Of a stretch of DNA of 64,000 nt, positions 49,054-59,873 are shown one piece after another; position 1 is the first letter of the stretch; the number at the start of each line of letters is the position of its first letter. The stretch spans positions 6,037 through 70,036 of the forward strand of contig JAEEKX010000003.1 in assembly GCA_016288655.1 (NCBI GenBank), in the 5' to 3' direction. This DNA is from Bacteroidales bacterium (GTDB lineage Bacteria > Bacteroidota > Bacteroidia > Bacteroidales > WCHB1-69). The position numbers and the translations under genes are program-made. The notes under the pieces were generated by a model. The model saw only the letters and a program-made list of their open reading frames with translations, ran no database searches and was not told the DNA's origin.

Positions 49054-49406
49054 CCGCAGGCGGCGGCCTTACGGCCTTGCCTGCGGCTGTGTTCTGGTGC
49101 CCTTTCAGGGCGCGATGGTGGATTCCGCCAGCCTGCGGCCGGCGGAATGGTGACGGACCCAAGGTAAAAGTTTGGGGTGAGGGGCGGCTTTGCCGTCCCT
49201 CACCCCCTTGTTAATGACTAGGTTGTCCGCCATTCCGTTGCCGACGATAGGAGGCAACGGAACCTCCACCGCCCCACCAGCAAGTATCATCATCCATCCC
49301 GCCCGCGTCCTGAAAGGACGCACTCCCAGTAACCTCAGACAAGGCCTCTTGAGGCCGCAGTCTGGGGTGGGGAACCGCACGGGAGACCAGCGTGCTGAAA
49401 GCACGC
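49054..49406. repeat. Cluster of REP-like hairpins (TGAAA-loop stems and GGCC cruciform units)
   Basis: About 8 stem-loops, including GTGCCC-TTTCA-GGGCGC, GCGTCC-TGAAA-GGACGC and GCGTGC-TGAAA-GCACGC. Confidence 0.75.
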
Positions 49407-49709
49407 TACTCATCATTTTCGCGTAATTCGCGTCCATTCGCAGTGAAAAAACTTATCAACAACTTACTAACAGGTTTTCAACAGAGGGAAAATCTCGTTT
49501 CTTGCCCTCTTTCCATCAAAAAATGCAAATTTTGAGAATGAAATTTCCAAGATAATAACTCTCTCTATGCCAAAAAGTTGCAGAGCGATTTGCATCGGAT
49601 TTTATAGTAACTTTGTGGAGTATTATTAACCTAAAAAACTTCCAGAACTATTGAATGTTATCAGGTCATACGCCTGGGTAGATCAAAAAATCGCATTTTA
49701 ACGGACAAA

Positions 49710-50087
49710 GTGGCGATATTTTACATTAATTTGCGTAATTTTGCGGCGCAACAGACGGAGATGACGGAAGAGATGCGGACATGGCTCAAGTTGCTGAAGG
49801 AGATGCCGTATATGGATGAAAGCGACTATGCCGGGCAGCCGGAGTTCTTCCAAGAGCTGATGGACGAATGCAGAATATCAAAATTGGATACCATGGAAAA
49901 AGCAAATTACGAAAAGAGCGTATTGGAGTACGAGGACGTGCAGGATGCCATGTCGTGTGCCCGTGCTGAGGGCAGGGAAGAAGCACTGCTCAGTACCGCT
50001 CGCAAGTTATTAGAATTGGGAGTTTCATTTTCTGACATCGTCAAAGCTACCGGTTTGAGCGAAGAGCAGGTAAGAGAACTGAAATAA
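49710..50087 (+). pseudogene. C-terminal remnant of an Rpn/PD-(D/E)XK 'transposase'-family protein
   Basis: TDKVAIFYINLRNF (equivalent to DKL.F.YIEL.KF), W..LLK and the EGREE...AR.L..G....I..ATGLS.E.V tail. An in-frame stop at 49632 leaves no N-terminal nuclease domain. Confidence 0.75.
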
Positions 50088-50285
50088 TACCTTAAAGACT
50101 TGGGTAAGAAGCTGCATCTTGCTCGCGCACCATTTATTTTCCCCTTTTGGTCGGCAACGGAACATCCACTGCCGCCTTGCAAATTCTGGCGTGAAGCACC
50201 TTTTAAACGCTTTTTTGTGAAAAAAAATAAAAGGGTGTGAAGCGACTGAAAAAAAGCTGTATATTTGCAGCCCAATTTTGAGAAG

Positions 50286-50840
50286 GTGAAAAGTGATCCG
50301 AAAAAAGAGGAATTTAAGCTCCGAATCTCCGGAGTTGAACTTGGAAATCATTCATTTTCAATAGATTGCGACAAACGGTTCTTTGAGCTTGCAGAGATTC
50401 CCGATGTGCAGGAGGGAAATGTGGCTTTGCGGATTGACATGGAAGTTTTGGAGAAAATCATCAACTTGGACTTCCATTTCAAGGGTTTCGTGACGATTCC
50501 CTGCGACCGCTGCCTCGACCCCGTGCGCGTGCCCCTCGACTTTGAGGAGCATCTGGTGGTGAAGTTGATGCCTTGGCAAGAGGGCATCCAAGAGGAGGAC
50601 GGCATTTGGATCGTGAACGAGAACGAGTACGAACTTGACGTGTTCCACTTCGTCTATGAGGCCATCACCCTGGCACTGCCCACCCGCGTGGTCCATCCCG
50701 ACGACGAGAACGGAAATCCTACCTGCAATCCCGATATTCTGAAAAAGTTGGAAGAGTTGTCCCAACCCGCCAAGAACGACGATGATGTTGATCCGCGTTG
50801 GGAGGCCCTGAAACATATAAAAGAAAGTAAAAAACATTAA
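50286..50840 (+). CDS. yceD: YceD/DUF177 family protein
   Basis: CDRCL, LALP and DPRW..L motifs; directly upstream of rpmF. GTG start chosen because the TTG at 50265 lies within the -7 box. Confidence 0.9.
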   Translation: MKSDPKKEEFKLRISGVELGNHSFSIDCDKRFFELAEIPDVQEGNVALRIDMEVLEKIINLDFHFKGFVTIPCDRCLDPVRVPLDFEEHLVVKLMPWQEGIQEEDGIWIVNENEYELDVFHFVYEAITLALPTRVVHPDDENGNPTCNPDILKKLEELSQPAKNDDDVDPRWEALKHIKESKKH

Positions 50841-50851
50841 ATCAACAAATT

Positions 50852-51040
50852 ATGCCACATCCGAAAAGAAGACACTCAGCAATGAGAAGAGACAAGAGAA
50901 GAGCGCACGATTTCATCACCGCTCCCCAGTTGACGACTTGCAGCCACTGCGGTGCCGTCATCCTGACCCACAGAGTTTGCCCTGAGTGCGGTTATTACAG
51001 AGACAAGCAGGCTATCGAAATCAAAGGTGCCGAGGCGTAA
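50852..51040 (+). CDS. rpmF: 50S ribosomal protein L32
   Basis: HPKRRHS..RRDKRR and CxxC...HRVCxxCGYY motifs. Confidence 0.97.
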   Translation: MPHPKRRHSAMRRDKRRAHDFITAPQLTTCSHCGAVILTHRVCPECGYYRDKQAIEIKGAEA

Positions 51041-51062
51041 TCCCCTCCGGCTCCATTGAGCG

Positions 51063-51638
51063 ATGGAACTGATATTCGCCACGCACAACAGGCACAAGTT
51101 ACAAGAGGCAGCCGCCATTGCGGGTGCTTCTTGCGTTGTATTCGGCCTTGACCACGTCGGCTGCTCCGAAGAGATTGAGGAGACGGGGGAAACCCTCCAA
51201 GCCAACGCCCGTATCAAGGCCGAATACGTTTTCCAAAAATACCAGGTCAACTGTTTTGCCGACGACACCGGTCTTGAGGTGGAAGCCCTCGGCGGCCGAC
51301 CGGGAGTCTATTCCGCCCGCTATGCCGGCGAGCACTGCAGTTTCCAGGACAACATCCGCAAACTGCTCGTCGAACTCGATGGCGCCACCAACCGCAAGGC
51401 CTGTTTCAAAACCGTCATCCATCTGATTCTCAACGGACAACACTACGAGTTCGAGGGGCGTGTGGATGGCATCATCCTTCCCGAGCAACATGGGACGGAG
51501 GGATTCGGCTACGACCCCGTCTTCATGCCCGACGGCTTCAACGTCACCTTCGCCGAGATGAGCGAATACGACAAGAATGCCATCAGCCACCGTGGCCGTG
51601 CCATGCGCAAGATGATCAATTTCTTGCAAACCCTGTAG
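51063..51638 (+). CDS. rdgB: dITP/XTP pyrophosphatase (RdgB/HAM1)
   Basis: ATHN.HK, ADDTGL, PGVYSARYAG, GFGYDPVF and SHRG motifs. Confidence 0.96.
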   Translation: MELIFATHNRHKLQEAAAIAGASCVVFGLDHVGCSEEIEETGETLQANARIKAEYVFQKYQVNCFADDTGLEVEALGGRPGVYSARYAGEHCSFQDNIRKLLVELDGATNRKACFKTVIHLILNGQHYEFEGRVDGIILPEQHGTEGFGYDPVFMPDGFNVTFAEMSEYDKNAISHRGRAMRKMINFLQTL

Positions 51639-51664
51639 TTTTCTTTCCGCTTTTTCCGCCCGCG

Positions 51665-52417
51665 CTAACTGAGGTCGCGGATGCGCTGCGTCAGCGGCTG
51701 CGCGAAGATGAAGTCGTTGAGCGTTTCGCAGTCGCTCGTGAGCACGTGGTCTTTGTCGCCGCGCCACGCCAGCGTGCCCTGATAGACGAAGGAGATCGTC
51801 TCCCCGATGGTGATCACCGAGTTGATGTCGTGGGTGTTGACGACCGTGGTGATGCCGAATTCGTGCGTGATCTCGAAGATCAGTTCGTCGATGAGCAGGG
51901 ATGTCTTCGGGTCGAGGCCGGAGTTGGGCTCGTCGCAGAAGAGGTACTTCGGATTGCATGCGATGGCCCGTGCGATGGCGGCACGCTTCTTCATGCCGCC
52001 GCTCAGCTCATCGGGAAAGAGACTGTTGGTGCCTTCCAGATCGACGCGCTTCAGGCAGAAGTTCACCCGCTCCAGTTTCTCATCGTACTTCTGGTCGGTG
52101 AGCATGGTGAGCGGGAACATTACGTTCTCTTGGATAGTCATCGAGTCGAACAGGGCGGAACCCTGATAGACCATGCCCATCTCGGTGCGTAGGTCCTGTT
52201 TCTCCTTGGCGGTGAATTGGTTGAAGTTGCGCCCGCTGTAAAGGATTTCGCCCTCTTCTGGCACCAACAGGCCGATGAGACTCTTCATCATCACAGTCTT
52301 CCCGGAGCCGGAACGCCCGATGATCAAGTTGACCTTGCCCTCTTCGAACTGCGTGTTGATGCTCTTCAGCACCTGTCGTTCGCCAAAATACTTCGATACG
52401 TTGTGGAGCTCTATCAT
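51665..52417 (-). CDS. mlaF: MlaF-type ABC ATPase
   Basis: GRSGSGKT, LSGGMKKR and DEPNSGLDP motifs; adjacent to MlaE. Confidence 0.88.
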   Translation of the reverse strand: MIELHNVSKYFGERQVLKSINTQFEEGKVNLIIGRSGSGKTVMMKSLIGLLVPEEGEILYSGRNFNQFTAKEKQDLRTEMGMVYQGSALFDSMTIQENVMFPLTMLTDQKYDEKLERVNFCLKRVDLEGTNSLFPDELSGGMKKRAAIARAIACNPKYLFCDEPNSGLDPKTSLLIDELIFEITHEFGITTVVNTHDINSVITIGETISFVYQGTLAWRGDKDHVLTSDCETLNDFIFAQPLTQRIRDLS

Positions 52418-52423
52418 ATTCTG

Positions 52424-53167
52424 TTACAGCATTATGGATGTGATGACAAGGTTGAGCACGAGGATGATGAAGGAGGAGACCACGATGCCGTTGACGTTGG
52501 CTTTACCGAGTTCGAGTGCGCCGCCTTTGATGCGGTAGCCGTAGAACGACGACACCGACGACAGTACGAAGGCGAAGATGGTGGTCTTGGTGAGCACATA
52601 CACCAAGTCGTACATGCGGAAGAAGGAGGTGAGCCCGTCGTAAAATTCGTACGGCGATGACACGTGGGTGACGATGACCGTGATGTAACCGCCGACGAGG
52701 GCAAAGAAGATGGCGATGATGATGAGGATGGGGATGGTGATGAGGGCGGCCACGATCTTCGGCAGCACCAAGAACGACGCGGGGTTGATGCCCATGACTT
52801 CCAAGGCATCGATCTGTTCGGTGACCCGCATACTACCGATTTCGGAGGTGATGCGCGAGCCGAGGTTGCCCACCAGCAGCAGTGTGATGATGGTGGGGCA
52901 CAACTCCATCACCACGGAGGTGCGCACGGTGAAGCCGAGGGTCCACTTCGGTATCCACGGACTCTCGATCTGCAGGGCGGTCTGGGTGGTGATGACGCTG
53001 CCCATGCAGATCGCCACGATGCAGACAATCAAGAGGGAACCCACACCCATCGAGTTCATCTCGTCGATGAGACGCCTAAAGAATTCCGATCTTTTGGCCG
53101 GCTTCGAGAACACCTTCCCGAGGAAGATGAAGTATTCGCCGACGGTTTCCAAGAAGCGTTTGATCAT
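52424..53167 (-). CDS. mlaE: MlaE-type ABC permease
   Basis: EIGSMRVTEQIDALEVMG motif. Confidence 0.92.
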   Translation of the reverse strand: MIKRFLETVGEYFIFLGKVFSKPAKRSEFFRRLIDEMNSMGVGSLLIVCIVAICMGSVITTQTALQIESPWIPKWTLGFTVRTSVVMELCPTIITLLLVGNLGSRITSEIGSMRVTEQIDALEVMGINPASFLVLPKIVAALITIPILIIIAIFFALVGGYITVIVTHVSSPYEFYDGLTSFFRMYDLVYVLTKTTIFAFVLSSVSSFYGYRIKGGALELGKANVNGIVVSSFIILVLNLVITSIML

Positions 53168-53215
53168 GCGTTCAGGTGTTGGTGGGTTGATGGGTGTGGG
53201 TGGATAATGATTTGT

Positions 53216-54415
53216 TTAGCAGGTCTTTCCGGGATAGACCTTGAGGGCGGCGGCGAGGCAGGCCATGGCCTTCTGCAGGTCGGCGACTTTGAGACAGTAG
53301 CTGATGCGCACCTCGTTGGTGCCTTTGCCCTGCGTGGAATAGAACCCGGTGGCGGGGGCCAGCATCACGGTCTCGCCATTGAGGTTGAACTCCTCGAGCA
53401 GCCAGCGGCAGAACTTGTCGGAGTTGTCGATGGGCAGTTTGGCCACGGCGTAGAAGGCGCCCTTCGGCTTGGGACAGAAGCAGCCCGGCATGGCGTTGAT
53501 GGCATCGACGACGGTGTTGCGGCGTGCCACATAGTCGTTGATGACGGCGTCGAAGTACTCCTGCGGGGTATCAACGGCGGCTTCGGTGAGCACCTGGCCG
53601 TAGGTCGGCGGGCTGAGACGGGCCTGGGCGAACTTCATGGCGGTGGCATACACCTCCTTGTTGTGGGTGATGAAGGCACCGATACGGACACCACATGCGC
53701 TGTAACGTTTTGAAACAGAGTCGAGCAGTACTACGTTCTGAGCGATCTCCGGAACTTCCATCACGGAGAAGTGCTTCACGCCGTCGTAGCAGAACTCTCT
53801 GTAAACCTCGTCTGCGAACAGGAACAGGTCATATTTCTTCACGATTTCGGCCAGTTTCAGGATCTCCTCTTTCGAGTAGAGGTAGCCGGTCGGGTTGTTG
53901 GGGTTGCAGATCATGATGGCCTTCGTCTTCGGGGTGATGATCTTCTCGAACTCCTCGATGGAGGGGAGGGCGAAGCCGTTGTCGATGGTGGACATGATGG
54001 GTTTCACGGTCACGCCGCAGGTGATGGCGAAACCATTGTAGTTGGCGTAGAACGGCTCGGGGATGATGACCTCGTCGCCCGGGTCGAGGCAGCTGTTGAA
54101 AGCGAACAGGATGGCCTCGGAGCCGCCGGTGGTCATGATGATCTCATCGGGGGTGAGGTCGATGTTGACGGTCTTGTAGTACTCCACCAGCTTCTCGCGG
54201 CAGGAAAGGATACCTGCGGAGTGGCTGTAGGCGATCACCTTCTGGTCGAACTCCTTGACGGCCTTGCGGGCGCACTCGGGGGTCTCGATGTCGGGCTGAC
54301 CGATGTTGAGGTGATAGACGTGGACGCCCCGTTTCTTCGCTTCATCAGAGAAGGGGACGAGTTTCCGGATGGGGGAGGAGGGCATGTTCTGCCCTTTAGT
54401 TGAAATTCTTGGCAT
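53216..54415 (-). CDS. PLP-dependent aminotransferase class I/II (aspartate aminotransferase-like)
   Basis: LNIGQPD, NPNNPTG, DEVY and S.SKRYS..G.RIG motifs. Confidence 0.93.
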   Translation of the reverse strand: MPRISTKGQNMPSSPIRKLVPFSDEAKKRGVHVYHLNIGQPDIETPECARKAVKEFDQKVIAYSHSAGILSCREKLVEYYKTVNIDLTPDEIIMTTGGSEAILFAFNSCLDPGDEVIIPEPFYANYNGFAITCGVTVKPIMSTIDNGFALPSIEEFEKIITPKTKAIMICNPNNPTGYLYSKEEILKLAEIVKKYDLFLFADEVYREFCYDGVKHFSVMEVPEIAQNVVLLDSVSKRYSACGVRIGAFITHNKEVYATAMKFAQARLSPPTYGQVLTEAAVDTPQEYFDAVINDYVARRNTVVDAINAMPGCFCPKPKGAFYAVAKLPIDNSDKFCRWLLEEFNLNGETVMLAPATGFYSTQGKGTNEVRISYCLKVADLQKAMACLAAALKVYPGKTC

Positions 54416-54822
54416 TTTTATTTGTTTTTTAATTAATTGATTTTCAATTTATTATAGTAAAAACCAGAAATTTAATTCAGCAAGCAAAGGTACACATTTT
54501 TTTTACAAAAACGAAATGAACCGTATTACAAATTTGGTCATAACTTTTTTCTTTATTCTTGTATTTGTATATTTGGGGCTTAATAGTCATTTCGCAAGCT
54601 GGAAAGTGACGGAAAGCCAGATACAGCTTTTTTGCAAAAATTAAAAAGTTCGACACGTACAGAAAAAGGTGCCACACTTAACGGCATGGCATTGTTGCGC
54701 GGTCGCAAATTGCTAACGAGCTTGAATCCCTATCGGGAATCGGACGCATGTGGCAACCTCGTAACGTAAAACGTTGTATTCCGTCCCGTATTTCCGTTTT
54801 TCGGCACATCATGGAAATGGGC

Positions 54823-54857
54823 AAAAACACACCCCCCGACAAATCTTGCCGGGGGGT
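54823..54857 (-). terminator. Probable terminator after pnp
   Basis: ACCCCCCG...CGGGGGGT hairpin followed by a T-rich tract on the minus strand. Confidence 0.6.
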
Positions 54858-54885
54858 ACATACGAAATCTCGATTTCAATCTCGG

Positions 54886-57147
54886 TTAGCGGCGCGGGCC
54901 GTGGCCACCTTCCCTGCGGGGGCCGCCATCCTTACGGGGACCGCCGTCTCTGCGGGGACCGCCATCTCTACGCGGGCCGCGCGGACGCTGCTCGGGCTCC
55001 TTGTATCCTTCCGGCTTCGGCTCCAGTACGCGCATCGAGAGGCGCAACTTGCCGCCGTTCTCGAACTCAATGAGTTTCACGCGCACGTGGTCGCCCACGT
55101 TGATGCCGGATTCCTCCATCGTCTCCAATCGTTTCCAGGAGATCTCGGAGATGTGGAGCAGTCCGTCTTGACCGGGCAGGATCTCCACGAAGGCGCCGAA
55201 GGGCTGGATGGTCTTGACCACGCCGTCGTAGATCTCGCCGACCTCGGGCACGCGGGTGATCGCCTTGATGCGCTCCATGGCGGCGTTGATGTCATCCACG
55301 TTGGCGGCGGCGATGTCGATGATGCCGAACTCGCCCACCTCTTCGATGTTGATGGTGGTGTTGGTCTCGCGCTGCATCTCTTGGATGACCTTGCCGCCAG
55401 GGCCGATGACCGCGCCGATGAACTCGCGCGGAATCTGCATCTGGACGATGCGCGGGACGAAGGGACGGTACTCGGCGCGCGGCTCCGGAATGGCCTCGTG
55501 CATCTTCTCCAAGATGAACATGCGTCCCTTGCGGGCTTGCTCCAAGGCCTCAGCCATCGTCTCGGACGACAGACCGTTGACCTTGATATCCATTTGGCAG
55601 GCGGTGATGCCGTCGGCGGTGCCGCAGACCTTGAAGTCCATGTCGCCGAGGTGGTCTTCGTCGCCGAGGATGTCGGAGAGGATGGCGTAGTTGCCGCTCT
55701 TCTCATCGGTGATGAGTCCCATGGCGATGCCGGAGACGGGCTTGCGCATCTTCACGCCGCAGTCGAACAGGGCGAGGGTGCCGGCGCAGACGGTGGCCAT
55801 GGAGGAACTGCCGTTGGACTCGAGGATGTCGGAGACCAGACGGACGGTGTAGGGGAACTCGGGATCGTCGAAAGGAATCATCGGCTTGAGGGCGCGGTGC
55901 GCCAGGTTGCCGTGACCGATCTCGCGACGGCCGGTGCTGCGGATGGGCTTCACTTCGCCCACGGAGAAGGGCGGGAAGTTGTAGTGCAGGATGAATCTGG
56001 AACTGCCTTCGATGATGGCGCCGTCGATGGTCTGCTCGTCAAGTTTGGTGCCGAGGGTGCAGGACATCAGCGACTGGGTCTCGCCGCGGGTGAAGATGGC
56101 GGAACCATGGGCGGAGGGCAGGTAGCCGGTTTCAATCCAAATGGGACGGATCTCGTCGAGTTTGCGGCCGTCGAGGCGGACGCGCTCGTTGAGAATCATG
56201 TTGCGCATGGCGTGGTACTGCACGTCGTGGTAGTAGCGGGCCACCATGTATTTCTTCTCTTCGCGCTCCTCTTCGGGAATGGTCTCCATGAACTCCTCGA
56301 GGATCTGGTCGAAGGCGTCGTTGCGCTCGTGCTTGCCCATGAACGACTTGGCGATGGCATAGACCTTGTCGTAGGTCTCCTTGTTGACGCGCTCGCGCAA
56401 CTCCTCGTCGTTGGTCTCGTGGCAGTATTCGCGTTTGGGGTTGGCCTTCTCCACTTGGGCGGCGAGGTCGAGTTGGGCTTGGCACTGCACCTTGATGGCG
56501 GCATGGGCGGCGTTGAGGGCCTCTACCATGTCGGCTTCGGAGATCTCCTTCATCTCGCCTTCCACCATCATGATGTTGTCGATGGTGGCGGCGACGATCA
56601 TGTCGATGTCGGAGTTCTCCATCTGTTCGACGGTGGGGTTGATGACCATTTGGCCATCAACGCGGCCGACGCGGACTTCGGAGATGGGGCCTTCCCACGG
56701 GATGTTGGAGACGGAGAGGGCGGTGGAGGCGGCGAGGCCGGCCAAGGCGTCGGGCAGGTTGTTGCGGTCGCCCGAGATGAGGGTGACGAGCACCTGCGTC
56801 TCGGCGTGGAAGTTGTCGGGGAAGAGCGGGCGGAGGGCGCGGTCAACTAGACGGGCGATGAGGATCTCGTACTCGCTGGGACGGCCTTCACGTTTGAAGA
56901 AACCGCCAGGGAAGCGTCCCACGGCGCCGTATTTCTCCTGATATTCCACCTGCAAGGGCATGAAGTCGGTGTTCTCCACCGCGTCTTTCTTGCAGCAGAC
57001 GGTGGCGAGCAACATGGTGTCGCCCATTCTCACCACGGCGGAACCGTCGGCCTGCTTGGCCAGGATTCCGGTTTCGATGGTCACTTCACGGCCATCGGGA
57101 AGAGCAAAGGTCTGTCTTGCTCCAATAGGTTTATTAGATTCACTCAT
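54886..57147 (-). CDS. pnp: Polyribonucleotide nucleotidyltransferase
   Basis: Two RNase PH domains ([23 protein letters not shown]), a KH domain (IGPGGK) and an S1 domain. Confidence 0.98.
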   Translation of the reverse strand: MSESNKPIGARQTFALPDGREVTIETGILAKQADGSAVVRMGDTMLLATVCCKKDAVENTDFMPLQVEYQEKYGAVGRFPGGFFKREGRPSEYEILIARLVDRALRPLFPDNFHAETQVLVTLISGDRNNLPDALAGLAASTALSVSNIPWEGPISEVRVGRVDGQMVINPTVEQMENSDIDMIVAATIDNIMMVEGEMKEISEADMVEALNAAHAAIKVQCQAQLDLAAQVEKANPKREYCHETNDEELRERVNKETYDKVYAIAKSFMGKHERNDAFDQILEEFMETIPEEEREEKKYMVARYYHDVQYHAMRNMILNERVRLDGRKLDEIRPIWIETGYLPSAHGSAIFTRGETQSLMSCTLGTKLDEQTIDGAIIEGSSRFILHYNFPPFSVGEVKPIRSTGRREIGHGNLAHRALKPMIPFDDPEFPYTVRLVSDILESNGSSSMATVCAGTLALFDCGVKMRKPVSGIAMGLITDEKSGNYAILSDILGDEDHLGDMDFKVCGTADGITACQMDIKVNGLSSETMAEALEQARKGRMFILEKMHEAIPEPRAEYRPFVPRIVQMQIPREFIGAVIGPGGKVIQEMQRETNTTINIEEVGEFGIIDIAAANVDDINAAMERIKAITRVPEVGEIYDGVVKTIQPFGAFVEILPGQDGLLHISEISWKRLETMEESGINVGDHVRVKLIEFENGGKLRLSMRVLEPKPEGYKEPEQRPRGPRRDGGPRRDGGPRKDGGPRREGGHGPRR

Positions 57148-57249
57148 GAATTTTCTTTTTTAGGGATGGATTAAATAAATTGAACCAAAGGCACCGCACG
57201 TCCCGTGCCGGTGGATTGGTGTGGATAAAGGATGGATGGGGCAATATTC

Positions 57250-57280
57250 AAAAAAAGGCAATTTCGTGAATTGCCTTTTT
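57250..57280. terminator. Terminator/attenuator between rpsO and pnp
   Basis: AAAAAAAGGCAATT-tcgtg-AATTGCCTTTTT. Confidence 0.8.
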
Positions 57281-57292
57281 CTGAAGCCGTGA

Positions 57293-57562
57293 TTATTTTC
57301 TCAAACCAAGTTTCTTGACGATGGCTCTGTAGCGCTCGATGTCCTGTTCTTTCAGGTAGGACAGCATTTTCTTTCTCTTGCCGACGAGCTGCATCAGTGC
57401 GCGCTTGGTACCGAGGTCTTTGTGGTTTTCCTTCATGTGTTCGGTCAGATGTTTGATCCTGTACGTGAACAGGGCCACCTGGCTCTCCGGGGAACCGGAG
57501 TCGAACTCGTTCTTTCCGTTTTCTTTGAAGATGTCTTTCTTTACTTCAGGTGTCAGATACAT
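57293..57562 (-). CDS. rpsO: 30S ribosomal protein S15
   Basis: DSGSPE.QVA..T.RI..LT.H and LGLRK motifs. Confidence 0.98.
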   Translation of the reverse strand: MYLTPEVKKDIFKENGKNEFDSGSPESQVALFTYRIKHLTEHMKENHKDLGTKRALMQLVGKRKKMLSYLKEQDIERYRAIVKKLGLRK

Positions 57563-57931
57563 AACTTTTTACTCTCTTTTGGTTAATTTCTTATCGTCTT
57601 ATTTTTCAGCCGGCAAAAGTACAACATTTTTTCGGATTGACGTGGCGGGATTTTCATTTTTTGAAAATTTTATGGGAACGATGTAATTGTCCGCGCCATC
57701 AAGGCGACGCGGAGAGGACGGTGGCACGGTTTTGTTGCTGAGTTCAAGATAGAAATGCGTCGGATGGCGGTGGGGCTTTAAGGGAAATGGGAAAAGTTGT
57801 CGCCTTTTCTTGATTGGTGTAGAATGCTTGGAGTTGCTTTTCTCATGGTCTTGTTGGAAAACGGATATTTTTCCTGTTTTTGACGCCGTCAATTCGGCAG
57901 AATCGTGTATTTTTGCAAAAAATTTCGTCCT

Positions 57932-58957
57932 ATGGAATTCAAAGTTGCACAAATCGCCGGAATCCTTCAGGCAGAGGTTGTTGGAGACCCCAACGGCGTC
58001 ATCACTACCGTCTGCAAAATCGAAGAGGGCGTGCCCGGCGGCCTCACTTTCTTGGCCAATCCCAAATACACGCATTACATCTACGAGACCCGCGCCACCG
58101 CGGCCATCGTCAACAAGACCTTCCAGCCCGAGCGGCCCGTGCCCTGCACGCTCATCAAGGTTGATGACTCCTACGTGGCCTTCGCGCGCCTGCTCGACGT
58201 CTATAACCAGTCGAAGCGCAAGCGCCCCGGCGTGTCGCCCCACGCCTGCGTCGCCGAAAGCGCCAAGATTGGCGAGAACGTCTATATCGGCGAGTTCGCC
58301 AGCATCGGCGAGAACGTCGTCATCGGCGACAATTGCCAGATCTTCCCGCACGTCTGCCTCGGCGACGATGTGAAGGTTGGCAGCGACACCGTGCTCAACG
58401 CCGGCGTCAAGGTCTATGCCGAGTGCGTCATCGGCAACCACTGCATCATCCACGCCGGCGCGGTCATCGGCGCCGACGGCTTTGGCTTCGCCCCCCAGAA
58501 CGGCGACTTCATCAAGGTGCCCCAGATCGGCAACGTCCGCATCGAGGACAACGTCGAGATCGGCGCCAACACCTGCATCGACCGTTCCACCATGGGTTCC
58601 ACCCTCATCCACAAGAACGTGAAACTCGACAACCTGATCCAGATCGCACACAATGTGGAGATCGGCGAGGGCTCGGCTTTCGCCGCCCAAGTCGGCGTCG
58701 CCGGTTCCGCCAAGATCGGTGCCCACTGCATCATCGCGGGACAGGGTGCGGTGGCCGGTCACATCACTGTCGGCGACGGCGTGTTGGTCGGCGGACAGTC
58801 CGCTGTCACCCACTCCATCCCCGGCGGAAAGACCGTCCTCGGCTCCCCCGCCATCTCCGTCGGCGAGGAGAAACGTCTCATCATTTACCGCAAGAAATTA
58901 CCCGAGCTCTACGCCCGCGTTGATGCTATTGAGAAAAAACTATCCGAAAATGAGTAA
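57932..58957 (+). CDS. lpxD: UDP-3-O-acylglucosamine N-acyltransferase
   Basis: FLANPKY, hexapeptide repeats, GADGFGF and [12 protein letters not shown] motifs. Start at MEFKVAQ, downstream of the -7 box at 57908-57915. Confidence 0.96.
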   Translation: MEFKVAQIAGILQAEVVGDPNGVITTVCKIEEGVPGGLTFLANPKYTHYIYETRATAAIVNKTFQPERPVPCTLIKVDDSYVAFARLLDVYNQSKRKRPGVSPHACVAESAKIGENVYIGEFASIGENVVIGDNCQIFPHVCLGDDVKVGSDTVLNAGVKVYAECVIGNHCIIHAGAVIGADGFGFAPQNGDFIKVPQIGNVRIEDNVEIGANTCIDRSTMGSTLIHKNVKLDNLIQIAHNVEIGEGSAFAAQVGVAGSAKIGAHCIIAGQGAVAGHITVGDGVLVGGQSAVTHSIPGGKTVLGSPAISVGEEKRLIIYRKKLPELYARVDAIEKKLSENE

Positions 58958-59855
58958 ACAGACTACCATCACCCAGCCCGTCTCCCTGTCGGGCAAGGGC
59001 CTGCACACCGGTAAGCAGGTCGCCGTTACCTTCCGTCCCGCTCCCGCCGACCATGGCGTCGTCTTCCGCCGCATCGACCTGCCCGAACAGACGCTCGTAC
59101 ACGCCCTCGGGCAGCACGTCTTCGACACCTCCCGCGGCACCTCCATCCAGGAGAACGGCGCCGAGGTGCGCACCATCGAGCACCTTATGGCCGCCCTCGC
59201 CGGCATGCAGGTCGATAACGTGCTCATCGACATCGACGGCCCTGAAACGCCCATCCTCGACGGCAGTTCCCGACTCTACGTGGAGGCCCTGCAAAAGACC
59301 GACATCGTCGAACTGCCCGCCGAACGCAAATACTTCACCGTGAAGGAGAAGACCACTTTTTCCATCCCCGAAAAGCAGATCGAGATCACCGTGGAGCCTG
59401 CCGACGACTTTCGCATTGAAGTCGATGTCGATTACGGCACACAGGTGCTCGCCGCCCAACACGCCGTTCTCAACGACCTGCGCGAGTTCGTGCCCGAGTT
59501 TTACGACTGCCGCACCTTCGTCTTCCTGCACGAGCTGCTCTTCTTGGTGCAGCACAACTTGGCCCACGGCGGCGATGTCGATAACGCCATTGTCTTCGTG
59601 TCGCAGGTGCCGCCGCCGGAAGTGCTGCAGCAACTGGCGGAGTTCTTCCACAAGTCCGACCTGCGCGTCACCGAGAACGGCATCCTCAACAATGTGGAAC
59701 TGCGGCACGACAACGAGCCGGCACGCCACAAACTGCTCGATGTCGTCGGCGACCTCTACCTGCTTGGGCATCCGATGAAGGGTCATGTCCGTGCCTCCCG
59801 CCCGGGACATTTCCCCAACACCGAACTCGTGAAACTGCTGCTCAAACAGCAATAA
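58950..59855 (+). CDS. lpxC: UDP-3-O-acyl-N-acetylglucosamine deacetylase (stand-alone, no FabZ domain)
   Basis: [32 protein letters not shown] and GH motifs; true start MSKQTT at 58950. Confidence 0.95.
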   Translation: MSKQTTITQPVSLSGKGLHTGKQVAVTFRPAPADHGVVFRRIDLPEQTLVHALGQHVFDTSRGTSIQENGAEVRTIEHLMAALAGMQVDNVLIDIDGPETPILDGSSRLYVEALQKTDIVELPAERKYFTVKEKTTFSIPEKQIEITVEPADDFRIEVDVDYGTQVLAAQHAVLNDLREFVPEFYDCRTFVFLHELLFLVQHNLAHGGDVDNAIVFVSQVPPPEVLQQLAEFFHKSDLRVTENGILNNVELRHDNEPARHKLLDVVGDLYLLGHPMKGHVRASRPGHFPNTELVKLLLKQQ

Positions 59856-59873
59856 CCCCCAAATACCACTGTC

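Noticed and set aside
51665-53167. mlaEF without adjacent mlaD
   Set aside because: Common arrangement in Bacteroidota.
54416-54885. Possible ncRNA in the 470-bp aminotransferase-pnp spacer
   Set aside because: Apart from a promoter box (54485-54492) and the pnp terminator, I recognised no convincing structure or known motif.
54886-54990. Short repeats at the pnp 3' end (GGPRRD-like)
   Set aside because: Ordinary low-complexity Arg/Gly-rich PNPase tail.
58653-58949. N-terminal extension of LpxC in the ORF track
   Set aside because: It overlaps lpxD out of frame; LpxC homology begins at MSKQTT (58950).
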